Below, one piece after another: positions 52,468 through 61,291 of a stretch of 64,000 nucleotides of DNA (position 1 is the stretch's first letter; each line of letters begins with the position of its first letter). The stretch is taken from assembly GCA_031393555.1 (NCBI GenBank), contig JANMVW010000171.1:3334-67333 (forward strand), read 5' to 3'. The notes under the pieces were generated by a model. That model was given only the letters and a program-made list of their open reading frames with translations, was not told the DNA's origin and did no database searches. The DNA comes from Acidobacteriota bacterium (lineage in GTDB: Bacteria > Acidobacteriota > Polarisedimenticolia > Polarisedimenticolales > DASRJG01). The position numbers and the translations under genes are program-made.

Positions 52468-53081
52468 CGCTCGCCCTCTTTGGGCGCTAACTCTCGGGAC
52501 ATCGCTCCGGCGAGGCTCGACAAGGGCCGCAAACGGAGTCCGTCCGGGGGAACGCCCGTTCCGAGCGCGCGAGGATCCGTCCGCACGCGCTCGAAACGGA
52601 GGCGATCGATCGCCAGGGAACGCGCGCCGTCCTCGATGCGAAGCGACTCCGGAGGGGCGCCGGGAGCCCCCCCGACGCGAGCCACGGTCAGTCCCGCCGG
52701 GGAAATGCCGTCCAGCAACGCGGCGACGGCATCCGCAACCGAAACGCGCACACCGGTGAGGGCCGCGATCGCGCCCGGGCCGTCCGTGCCGACGTAGGCG
52801 GTGGCCGCGGTCACATCCACGATGCACACGGCTCCCCCGCCGGCGTCGAGGATAAAGATCACGCCACCGACGGGAGCCACGAGCTCGGCGTGGAGGCGGT
52901 CGGGCCGCTCCGCCCAAAGGGCGAGCTTGGCGCCTCGCCGCGCGTCGTGACCGTCATCGATCGCGGCCCTGTAAATGACGATCAGCGGTCCGGATCCCGC
53001 AGGGAGTCCGCCGCCGTTGCGATGAGTCGCCACGCAAGCGAGCGCCGTGAGGCCGCAAAGCCCGAACAGCAGCCGTTTCAC
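52464..53081 (-). CDS. Lipoprotein in the LolB synteny slot (LolB/DUF4292-like, putative)
   Basis: MKRLLFGLCGLTALAC has a lipobox. The body (...AKLALWAERPDRLHAELVAPVGGVIFILDAGGGAVCIVD...) resembles the LolA/LolB-fold pattern. It is translationally coupled to ispE-prs, as lolB is in E. coli. Confidence 0.45.
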   Translation of the reverse strand: MKRLLFGLCGLTALACVATHRNGGGLPAGSGPLIVIYRAAIDDGHDARRGAKLALWAERPDRLHAELVAPVGGVIFILDAGGGAVCIVDVTAATAYVGTDGPGAIAALTGVRVSVADAVAALLDGISPAGLTVARVGGAPGAPPESLRIEDGARSLAIDRLRFERVRTDPRALGTGVPPDGLRLRPLSSLAGAMSRELAPKEGER

Positions 53082-55159
53082 GATCCCGGGGTCACCACGG
53101 CGGCCTGGTTTTCGGGCGGTCCGCTGGTGACCGGCACCTTCTCGATCTTCTTCCGGAGAGTCTCTTTCGCCTGCGGCGTCTCGGGTGCGTCGTGAAACTC
53201 GTCGAGCGCTCGTTGCCAGAAGATCTTCGCCCGCGAGGCGTCCCCGGTGCGCTCGTAGTAGTCGCCGAGATGCTCGAGAACTGTGGGATCTCTCGGAAAC
53301 TCTCGAGCGGCGCGCTCCAGCGGATCGCGGGCGTCTTCTACGCGCCCCAGCTTCATGTAGACCCAGCCGAGCGAGTCCAGGTAGGCGCCATTCCAGGGAT
53401 CGATTTGCAATGCGCTTTGGATCAGAACCAGCGCCTCATCGAGGCGCTCGCCGCGATCGGCGAAGCTGTAGCCCAGGTAGTTCGACGCCTCGGCCAGCCG
53501 CGGATCCAGGCGAATCGCCTCACGCAATTCGACCTCCGCCTCGGCGATGCGGCCCTTGCGATCGAGCAGCGCCCCCAAGGCGAGCCGTGCCTCGGCGTCG
53601 CTTGGCGCCGCGCCGACCCAAGCACGAAGCTGTTTTTCCGCCTCGTCGTCTCGTCCGTTGCGCCGCAGGATGGCCGCGACGTCCCCGCGCGCCGCCACGC
53701 CCCCCTTGGCCACAGCCGCATCGAACCGGCCGTCGGCGCGACTCGCTCTCCCCATCGCGAGATCCGCCTCGCCGTCAATCAAGGCGGCTTCGACGGCCTG
53801 GGAGGAGGCGAGAAGTTTCGCAAGTCGCTTAGCCTCCTTGGGGTCGCCGAACAGAATGGCCGTGCGCGCCCGGATCGCCAGCGTCTCCGGGGCGTCGGGC
53901 TTCTCGAGCGCGCCGAGCATCGCGCGCGCGTCGTCGAGGCGTTTGGCCGAAAGATCGATGCCCGCCATGCGGAGGCGTATCTCGTCTCGCCTCGCCGCGT
54001 CTTCGCTCCCATCGCCCGTGAGGCTTCGGAGGGCGATCGCGTACTGCTCGCGCGCGTCGGCGCTCTCGCCGCGTCGCGCAAGGGTTTCGGCCAGCAGGAT
54101 CCTCACGAACGTGTTGTCCGGATATTCGGACGCCAGGCTCTTGGCGATCTGCGTCGCGTCCGCAAGGCGATTGAGCGCCTGATAGGCGGCGGCAATGTGG
54201 AGCCTGACCATCGGATCGCTCTGGCTCGATGCCCGCGCAAGCTCGAGATCGTCCAGCGCCTCCCGTGGCCTTCCTTGCCTCAGCCTCGCCTCGCCGCGAA
54301 GAGCACGCGCACGGACGTTGTCGGGGTTCGCACTGAGGAGTCCGTCGCACGTCGTCTCGATCAGCGACCACTGCCCCGTGTCTCTTGCAAGATCCACGAC
54401 CAGCGGGAGAAGCTCCTCGCTGCCTTCCGGATGAGCCTTGATCCACGCGAGCGTCGTTTCGAGGGCTTCTTTCGTCCGTCCCGCCGCCACGAACGTTTGA
54501 TCCAGAAGGCGCAATGCGTTTTCGTCGCCCGGCCTCCGCAAAAGGAGCGTACGGGCGGCGGCGACGGCCCCGTCGGCGTCTCCCGACGTGAGCTTGAGCC
54601 GCGCCAGCGCCGACCAGATCTCGTCCGGAGCTTCCTTGTCCTCGACCGACAGCCTGTCGTAGAGCCGAATCGCTTCAGCTCTCGCGGCGGGATCGGCCTT
54701 GGGACCGAACGATCGCGACGCCGCGAGGTCGGCGAGCACGCGAACCGCTTCGATTTGGCCTCCGTCGAGTTCGAGCGCCCGCCGCGCCAGGCGGTCGGCC
54801 TCGGCGCGGCGCCCGAGCATGGCAAGCAGCGATGCCCCCTGAGCGAGCAGACCTGGGGAATTCGGCGCGAGCACGACGGCCTGATCGAGCTCCCTCGCCG
54901 CTTCGGCCCCACGGCCGCGAGAAACCGCCAGCCCCGCTGCGACGAGATGGGCGTACGCATCGCCCCGACGAAGCGACTCGGCGGCAGAATCCTCCGAACG
55001 GATTTGCGGTGCGCTCGGGGGCGGTGCCCCATCGCCCCCGGCGGCACGTCCGGCGGCGGGGAGAGCCATCGCGAAGACGAACGCACAGACGCTCAGGGAG
55101 CTCACCATGGAGGGCCCTTTCACGGCGCGGACGGATCTCGAGCCGAGCGGATCGCTCAA
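53078..55159 (-). CDS. Secreted tetratricopeptide-repeat (TPR) protein
   Basis: The signal peptide is ...MVSSLSVCAFVFAMALPAAG. Many TPR-like units follow, with AxxxYxxAL and NLGxxY patterns through to the C-terminus. TTG 55159 overlaps the ctp stop. ATG 55108 is an alternative start. Confidence 0.75.
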   Translation of the reverse strand: MSDPLGSRSVRAVKGPSMVSSLSVCAFVFAMALPAAGRAAGGDGAPPPSAPQIRSEDSAAESLRRGDAYAHLVAAGLAVSRGRGAEAARELDQAVVLAPNSPGLLAQGASLLAMLGRRAEADRLARRALELDGGQIEAVRVLADLAASRSFGPKADPAARAEAIRLYDRLSVEDKEAPDEIWSALARLKLTSGDADGAVAAARTLLLRRPGDENALRLLDQTFVAAGRTKEALETTLAWIKAHPEGSEELLPLVVDLARDTGQWSLIETTCDGLLSANPDNVRARALRGEARLRQGRPREALDDLELARASSQSDPMVRLHIAAAYQALNRLADATQIAKSLASEYPDNTFVRILLAETLARRGESADAREQYAIALRSLTGDGSEDAARRDEIRLRMAGIDLSAKRLDDARAMLGALEKPDAPETLAIRARTAILFGDPKEAKRLAKLLASSQAVEAALIDGEADLAMGRASRADGRFDAAVAKGGVAARGDVAAILRRNGRDDEAEKQLRAWVGAAPSDAEARLALGALLDRKGRIAEAEVELREAIRLDPRLAEASNYLGYSFADRGERLDEALVLIQSALQIDPWNGAYLDSLGWVYMKLGRVEDARDPLERAAREFPRDPTVLEHLGDYYERTGDASRAKIFWQRALDEFHDAPETPQAKETLRKKIEKVPVTSGPPENQAAVVTPGS

Positions 55160-56331
55160 GCGGCTTTGGGGGCAGCCTCGGCCGCGTCGATCTTCCCAAA
55201 ATCGTCGAGCGTCTTATGGAGTTGCTCGTCGTCGCCGTCATCCCGGCGACCGTCGGACTTGACCACCTTGTCGGGAGTCACGCCGTCGGCATTCCATCGC
55301 TTGCCTGCTGACGTTTCCCAGATGTAGCCGGGGATCAGCAAGCCGCCACCTTCCGGAAGTTCGATCAGCTTCGGCTCGGTGCCGAGTCCGTAGGTGGATT
55401 CCCCGTAGACCGCGGCACGTGCCTTGTCTTTGAGAATCATGGCGAGTCCCTCCCCCGCCCCCGCCGTCGCTCCGTTGACGAGCACGCCCAAACGACCCGC
55501 CCAGGCCGGTTTCGGCCGAAGCCCAGCGAGTGTCTCCATGACGTGGCCGTTGCGGTCGCTCAACCGGAGAAAATCACCCGAGGCGAACAGTTCCGCGACT
55601 TGGGCGGCGTGCCGGGTGTTGAGCGAGGCGGCATCGCGGAGATCGATGAGCAGACGGTCCACGCCGCGGTCCTTGACCCCCGCGAGCTCCTGAACCAGCG
55701 CGTCGCTCGGGAGGCGATCGAAGTCTCGAATCTTGAGGACCGCGACTCCGTCTTTCACTTCGAGAAGGAAGGGGGCATCGCGCCGCGCGGCGCGGCCGAC
55801 CGTGACCACCTCTCGCTTCAAGTCCTTGACTCGAAAAAGATCGATGGCGACCGTCGATCCCGGCGCCCCCTTCAAGAGCCGCTGGGACTGGTCGAGGGAG
55901 AGAGACCGCACGGACTGGCCGCCGATCTTCCGGATCTGATCCCCGGCGGCGATCGCGACTCCTTCGGCAGGCGACCCCGCCGCGACCTCGACCACCTGAA
56001 TGACCGGTCCGCTCTTCAGCACCGAGATCCCAGGATCCGCGGCGTCGGTCGATTCCGAACCACGTTTCCAGGCGTCGACGTCCGCTTGTGTCAGGTAAGC
56101 CCCATGAGCGTCGAGCCCACCCATCAGTCCTTGGTCCGCCCCGCGCATCAGCTTGTCCGTGTCCACCGGATCGACGTAATTGTCTACCACGTAGGACAGC
56201 ACCTCGCTGAACAGCATCATCTGCCGGAAGGTGCCTTCGCCGGCGCCTGCCTTCAATGCCGCCCCGCTGCCGAGCAGGACGACCACCACGGCCAAGGAAC
56301 TACTCAAGAGCAAGACACGGCTGCGGCTCAT
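55156..56331 (-). CDS. ctpA: S41 family carboxyl-terminal processing protease
   Basis: The signal anchor MSRSRVLLLSSSLAVVVVLLG is followed by a PDZ region (...AAGSPAEGVAIAAGDQIRKIGG...) and the catalytic region LVNGATAGAGEGLAMILKD. A GAGGTG RBS precedes ATG 56331. Confidence 0.85.
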   Translation of the reverse strand: MSRSRVLLLSSSLAVVVVLLGSGAALKAGAGEGTFRQMMLFSEVLSYVVDNYVDPVDTDKLMRGADQGLMGGLDAHGAYLTQADVDAWKRGSESTDAADPGISVLKSGPVIQVVEVAAGSPAEGVAIAAGDQIRKIGGQSVRSLSLDQSQRLLKGAPGSTVAIDLFRVKDLKREVVTVGRAARRDAPFLLEVKDGVAVLKIRDFDRLPSDALVQELAGVKDRGVDRLLIDLRDAASLNTRHAAQVAELFASGDFLRLSDRNGHVMETLAGLRPKPAWAGRLGVLVNGATAGAGEGLAMILKDKARAAVYGESTYGLGTEPKLIELPEGGGLLIPGYIWETSAGKRWNADGVTPDKVVKSDGRRDDGDDEQLHKTLDDFGKIDAAEAAPKAA

Positions 56332-56418
56332 GGGCACCTCAGGTCGAAAGACGACCATGAGAACCTACACGGACGACACGGCTCCGGCAAGCCGCACGCC
56401 CTTTCTGCGCGGGATGCG

Positions 56419-57573
56419 TCACCGCCGGCGGAGCCAGGAGGCCGGATCGACCGGCCGTCCTGCCTCCCGCAGCTCGAAATAGAGGTAGGGTCCCCGGAGC
56501 GACCCTGAGTCCCCGACGCGGCCCATGTCCTGGCCGCGGACGACCTTGTCGCCGGCCTCCACCAGGAGCACCGCAGCGTGCGCGTAGATCGAGACGACGC
56601 CGTTTCCGTGATCCACGACGACGGTGAGCCCGTACCCCTTGAGCGGAGCGGCGTAGGCCACACGACCGTCGAAAATCGTCCGGAACGGCTTCCCTTCAGC
56701 GGCATCGATGTCCAGCCCGGGATGCGGTACTTGGGTCTTGAAGCGCGGATGAACGATCGTGCCGAACTTCGACGAAACGACGCCCTCCGCGGGCCAGTCC
56801 AGCAGACCGCGGAACTTGCGAACGTCCAATCCGAGGTGCGTCGAAGCGTCCTCGAAGGAGTCGACGAGGCGCCCGAGGTTCCGCGCGGCCTCTTCGAGTT
56901 CGCCGAAGGCCTGCTCGTGCTGCTCGCGGTCTCCGCGGATGCGCCTGAGCAGGGAGGCCCGGGAGGCCCGTCCCGCCGTGATCTCCGCTTCCTTGCGGGT
57001 GGCGTACGAGCGCAGGGAGGACAGTCGCGCCCGCTCGAGAGAGAGCGTTGCCCGCTCTTCGGCCAGTGCTCGCGCGGCGGCCCGCCAGGCCGCGAGTTGC
57101 CCGGCATCGCGGCGCGAGAGATACGTCGCGTAGCGGAAGCCGTCGAGTCCATCGCTGCTCTCCAACGGACCAATGGCTCGAGCAAGCAAACCTGCGGGTC
57201 CGCGCTTGTAAAGTTCTCGAAGGCGAGCCGCCAGGCGAGGCGCGCGACGCGCCTGCCCCACCGAGATGAGCGCGAGCTCGCGCTCGCTGCCGGCGAGCTT
57301 TTCTTCCGTGTCCCGAAGTCGGAGCGCGACCGCTTCGAGTTCCGCGCGGCGGAGAGCGATCTCGGCGTCCATGCGAGCGACGTCGCCGAGCAGGCCGCGC
57401 TCGCGCATCGCCAGTCCGGTGATTTCGCCCTGCAGGCGCCTCATCTCGTCCTGGAGCGCGTCAAGACGCCGCGCGCGCGCCGTATCCGCCCGCGCGTGAA
57501 GCCAAGGGCCGCCTGCCGCCACGATCAGGCCGATCGCGAGCGCCCATGACGCTCCGCCGCCGCGTCGTCGCAT
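56419..57573 (-). CDS. Murein hydrolase activator EnvC-like / M23 peptidase with N-terminal coiled coil
   Basis: A long coiled coil is followed by an M23 domain (HPGLDIDAAEGKPFRTIFDGRVAYA...VVVDHGNGVVSIYAH...GDSGSLRGPYLYFELRE). Confidence 0.85.
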   Translation of the reverse strand: MRRRGGGASWALAIGLIVAAGGPWLHARADTARARRLDALQDEMRRLQGEITGLAMRERGLLGDVARMDAEIALRRAELEAVALRLRDTEEKLAGSERELALISVGQARRAPRLAARLRELYKRGPAGLLARAIGPLESSDGLDGFRYATYLSRRDAGQLAAWRAAARALAEERATLSLERARLSSLRSYATRKEAEITAGRASRASLLRRIRGDREQHEQAFGELEEAARNLGRLVDSFEDASTHLGLDVRKFRGLLDWPAEGVVSSKFGTIVHPRFKTQVPHPGLDIDAAEGKPFRTIFDGRVAYAAPLKGYGLTVVVDHGNGVVSIYAHAAVLLVEAGDKVVRGQDMGRVGDSGSLRGPYLYFELREAGRPVDPASWLRRR

Positions 57574-59819
57574 CAGAGGAGCGGCTTCCCGTCCATCTCG
57601 GGAGGGATCGGCACGCCGAGCACCTTCAGCACCGTCGGGGCGATGTCGATCATCGCGGGATCGCCCCGGTCCAACTTGCGGTTGGAAAAGAGGATGCCGC
57701 GTACCAGGTCCGGGTCGTTGGAACAGTGGTCGCCCGACCAGGCCTTGCGGTTGTCTTCAAGGATGTCGGGCGGAACGCCGCCGAGAGTGGTCTGCCACGA
57801 GACCCGGTAGTTCAGGCTGTTCCCGGCCCGCAGGTCAGGGATGAGATTCGGATCGAAGCTCGAATACAACTCCTGACGCGTCCAAACCTTCGCGATGGGA
57901 TGCTCTCCCGTCAGGGGGTCGACCAGAGCCTCGAGACCTTCCTGAATTCTCCGCCGGACGTCGTCGTAGTCCGCCCCGGGCATCACGGTGCCGTCTCGTT
58001 CTCGGCCCACGACGTTCAAGTAGATGCTGCCGAGCCCGAGCGCGTACGCCTTGGTGCGCGACCAGTCGACGTTTTGGAACAGATCGCGCGTGTCGAAGAG
58101 CTTCTCGAGGGTGGCCGGATCGTTCGTCTGACCCTTCAGGGTCATGAACCCGTTGCGGACGAGCCACGTGTTGAGGTTGACTCCGCGGCGGAACGACGAG
58201 AATCCGTGATCGGAGCACACGAGAAACAGCGCGTCGGGGCCCGCCAGTGCGCGCGCCTTACCGACCATCGCGTCCATCGTCTGGTACGCCTTTAATACCT
58301 CGGGTGCGTACTTCGCCGCGAGCACGGGATCGTAGGCGGGGTGCGACGTATCGAGGAACCTCCAGAAGAGGTGGCCGATGCGGTCGGTAAAATAGAAGAT
58401 CTGGATGTACAGATCGTCGTGTTGATCCCCGAGCAGCCCCGTCAGGATCTCCTCGTCCTTCGCGCGCGTGAAATTCATGTCCTCGAGGAACAGTTCCTCG
58501 TCGCCCACCCCGGAGGGCAGCGACCACGTGTCCTCGGGCCAACCGATCGTCTTGAACAGGCCGAACCTCTTGCGGAGCACCTCGGCGTAGTCCGGCGGCC
58601 ACGAAAACGCGATCGGGTGGCAGTCGGGATGGAAGTTGACGGGCGACAGGTAGAGCTCGAGTTGGGGCGACACCGCGAGCAGCTTGAATCGCGCCATGCC
58701 CTTCATCGGTGCCGCGTGATCGACGACCCAGTTGACGGGAAAATTCAAGATGAACCAATCGCTCCACGCGCCGACTTTGATCGTTTGGGTCTGCCCGGAG
58801 ACCGTGATCGTGCAAGCGTCCGGACCGGCGACGAGCTTCAGCGGAAGATCGATGCGCCGCGGGACGTCCGCATCGTCGAGTTCCTGCCGCTCTCGCCGTT
58901 TGGCGTCCGCGAGCTCCCGCCTGTCGGTGATCCCCGCGGTTTTCCTGTCGACCACGTATTCGTAGAACGGCTTGTTGTTGGGCCCGATCACCCGGGTCTC
59001 GATCGTCCCTTGGTGATCGGCCAGTCGCACGAGCTCGAGGCTGAACTCGTTCCCCCCGCCGCCACCCGGTTGGAACGTGGGGTCGGAGGTGTAGTAGGTC
59101 GGAGTTCCGACGCGCCCGCGCATGTCCGGAACCCCAAGGCCCGAAAGCATGTGCCCGGGCCCCAAGTCCTCCGCGGGAAAGGTCGCGGGAACGCGAATAA
59201 CTTGAGCCTTGAGTCCCGCCTTGGCGGCCAATTCCCACATCGTCCGCCCCTGGCGATGATTGATCGCGTCGGGAACCTCGACGGGGAGAAACTGCTTCGT
59301 GACGAAACCCGACGGTAGCCCAGCGGAGAGTCCGCACAGCGTCGCGATTGCGATCCGTGTCAGCCACGAGGCGCGAAAAAGCAGCAGGATCAAAAACGCG
59401 ATGAGAAAGACCGCGCCCCCGGCAACCAAGCCCACGACGAGGCCGTTTTGAGCGCCGAACAGGAAGGGACGACGGGATTCCGAGTTCATGGCGAAATCGG
59501 GGAGGTAGTCCGCGGGATTGCGCATCAGGAAGTCGAAAATCCGCGTCTTGCCCGGATTCGTACCGGTCGCAAAGGACGACCACGAGACCGGCGTTTGGGG
59601 CGGGTTCGTCGGTTGCAAGGCGGAGAACGAACCGTCGCTTCTGAGCTGCGCCAGGTTGGGGAGCTTCCCTTCGTCCATCCATTGGGTCACGAGGCGCGCA
59701 TCGGCGCCGTCGAAGCCGAGGATCACCACCTTGGGCTTGTCGGCACCCTCCGCAAGACACGTGGCCATCGTCATGGCGCTCATCAAGACGAATGAGATCC
59801 GAGGGGATCGTTGCGTCAT
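57573..59819 (-). CDS. Alkaline-phosphatase-superfamily (type I phosphodiesterase/nucleotide pyrophosphatase-like) protein with internal TM hairpin
   Basis: VVILGFDGADARL, PPQTPVSWSSFATG and VCSDHGF are metal-site and nucleophile-type motifs. An N-terminal signal peptide is present. Two hydrophobic helices lie at aa 126-172. An AAAGGAA RBS precedes ATG 59819. Confidence 0.7.
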   Translation of the reverse strand: MTQRSPRISFVLMSAMTMATCLAEGADKPKVVILGFDGADARLVTQWMDEGKLPNLAQLRSDGSFSALQPTNPPQTPVSWSSFATGTNPGKTRIFDFLMRNPADYLPDFAMNSESRRPFLFGAQNGLVVGLVAGGAVFLIAFLILLLFRASWLTRIAIATLCGLSAGLPSGFVTKQFLPVEVPDAINHRQGRTMWELAAKAGLKAQVIRVPATFPAEDLGPGHMLSGLGVPDMRGRVGTPTYYTSDPTFQPGGGGGNEFSLELVRLADHQGTIETRVIGPNNKPFYEYVVDRKTAGITDRRELADAKRRERQELDDADVPRRIDLPLKLVAGPDACTITVSGQTQTIKVGAWSDWFILNFPVNWVVDHAAPMKGMARFKLLAVSPQLELYLSPVNFHPDCHPIAFSWPPDYAEVLRKRFGLFKTIGWPEDTWSLPSGVGDEELFLEDMNFTRAKDEEILTGLLGDQHDDLYIQIFYFTDRIGHLFWRFLDTSHPAYDPVLAAKYAPEVLKAYQTMDAMVGKARALAGPDALFLVCSDHGFSSFRRGVNLNTWLVRNGFMTLKGQTNDPATLEKLFDTRDLFQNVDWSRTKAYALGLGSIYLNVVGRERDGTVMPGADYDDVRRRIQEGLEALVDPLTGEHPIAKVWTRQELYSSFDPNLIPDLRAGNSLNYRVSWQTTLGGVPPDILEDNRKAWSGDHCSNDPDLVRGILFSNRKLDRGDPAMIDIAPTVLKVLGVPIPPEMDGKPLL

Positions 59820-59934
59820 GCTGCGTTCCTTTCGGCGCGCGCCTCGGATAACCCTGAGACGCCTCGGGAGCTTACCATCCGCGTGGTATTCTGCGCCTCG
59901 CCGCGCGCTGACCTCGCGGCGGTCACGGGCGGTC

Positions 59935-61281
59935 ATGCTGCAGGACGTTCTTCCGGAAACACTCCCTCATTCCGACGAGGCGGAACGTTCCGTTTTGGGA
60001 GCGGTCCTCCTCGACAACCGCCAGATTCATAAGGCGCAAGAACTCCTTACCCACGAGGCCTTTTACGCGGAGCGTCATCGGCGGATCTTCCGGGCGCTCG
60101 AGGAACTGTCGGAGGTCGGGACCGCTCTGGACCTCGTCACGCTGCGCGACGCCTTGGAGCGCGCGGGAGCTCTCGACGCCTGCGGGGGGGTTGCTTACCT
60201 CGTCACACTGATCGACGGCACCGCGCGCTCCGCGAACGTCGAGCACTACGCCAAAATCGTCAAGGAAAAAGCGATTCTTCGCGAGTTGATTCGCTCGGCT
60301 CAGCAGATTCTCTCCTCCGCGATGCGAGCGGAGGGCTCCGCCGACCAGGTGCTGGACGAGGCCGAAAAAGCGATCTTCCATGTCTCCGAGGAGAGGCTGC
60401 GCGCCGGTTTCCTCTCCCTGCGGGAAGTCGGCGAGCGCAGCATCAAGAGCATCGAGGATCTCACCCACAAGCGGGAGCCGGTCACCGGCATCCACTCCGG
60501 GTTCCTCCAGCTCGACGAGATGACCGCCGGCCTCCAGTCCTCCGACCTCGTCATCCTCGCCGCGCGCCCGTCGATGGGAAAGACCGCGTTGGCGCTCAAC
60601 ATCGGCGCGCACGCCGCCATGCGCAACGGCCGCCGGGTCGGTGTCTTCTCGCTCGAGATGTCGCACCAGCAGTTGTTCCAGCGCATGCTCTGCGCCGAGG
60701 CCCGCGTCGACGCGCACCGATTGCGCACCGGGCGGATCGGCAAGGAAGAGTGGGACCGGATCATCAAGGCTTACGCCGAGCTGTCCGATACGCCGATGTA
60801 TATCGACGACACGCCGGGGGCCACCATCACGGAGATGCGAGCCAAGGCGAGGCGTCTCAAGCTCGAGCGCGGTCTCGACCTCGTCATCGTCGACTATCTC
60901 CAGTTGATGTCAGGTCGCGGCCGCTACGAGAGCCGTCAGCAGGAGATCTCCGAGATCTCGCGCTCGCTCAAGGAGATGGCCAAGGAACTCGAAATCCCGA
61001 TCCTCGCGCTTTCGCAGCTGTCGCGCGCGCCGGAACAACGCGGGACCGGCGACAAGCGCCCGCAGCTTTCCGACTTGCGGGAATCGGGCGCGATCGAGCA
61101 AGACGCCGACGTCGTCCTTTTTCTCTTCCGCGAGGAGGTCTACAAGAAAGACGATCCCGACCTCAAGGGAAAAGCCGAATTGATCATCGGTAAACAGAGG
61201 AACGGCCCGACCGGAACCGTGGACCTGCACTTCATCCGCGAGTTCACGAGTTTCGTGAACCCCGAGTGGCGGGACACCTAG
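59935..61281 (+). CDS. dnaB: Replicative DNA helicase DnaB
   Basis: LPHSDEAERSVLGAVLLD, Walker A ARPSMGKTALALN, IVDYLQLM and SQLSRAPEQR are present. The 448-aa length leaves no room for an intein. Confidence 0.95.
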   Translation: MLQDVLPETLPHSDEAERSVLGAVLLDNRQIHKAQELLTHEAFYAERHRRIFRALEELSEVGTALDLVTLRDALERAGALDACGGVAYLVTLIDGTARSANVEHYAKIVKEKAILRELIRSAQQILSSAMRAEGSADQVLDEAEKAIFHVSEERLRAGFLSLREVGERSIKSIEDLTHKREPVTGIHSGFLQLDEMTAGLQSSDLVILAARPSMGKTALALNIGAHAAMRNGRRVGVFSLEMSHQQLFQRMLCAEARVDAHRLRTGRIGKEEWDRIIKAYAELSDTPMYIDDTPGATITEMRAKARRLKLERGLDLVIVDYLQLMSGRGRYESRQQEISEISRSLKEMAKELEIPILALSQLSRAPEQRGTGDKRPQLSDLRESGAIEQDADVVLFLFREEVYKKDDPDLKGKAELIIGKQRNGPTGTVDLHFIREFTSFVNPEWRDT

Positions 61282-61291
61282 GGGGCCGAGG

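Noticed and set aside
51581-52917. Long 5' extensions of many minus-strand ORFs. This one is the ispE ORF reaching into the upstream lipoprotein gene; the same occurs in ORFs 37842..39428, 38870..39829, 41677..43044, 49315..50217, 49893..50939, 50639..51640, 11532..13769 and 13604..14809
   Set aside because: The extensions overlap the preceding conserved gene out of frame and translate to Arg/Pro/Gly-rich sequence. Conserved N-termini begin at internal starts that overlap the upstream stop codon.
53192-55327. 711-aa + strand ORF antisense to the TPR protein gene
   Set aside because: It is a shadow ORF with no motifs. The minus frame has a signal peptide, TPR periodicity, and start/stop coupling to its neighbours.
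59841-59867. Direct repeat GCCTCGG x2 in the divergent region upstream of dnaB
   Set aside because: It is too short, and in DNA this GC-rich it could easily occur by chance. No DnaA-box-like or operator-like symmetry could be supported.
59935-61281. Possibility of an intein or insertion in dnaB
   Set aside because: The protein is 448 aa with contiguous helicase motifs, which leaves no room for an intein.
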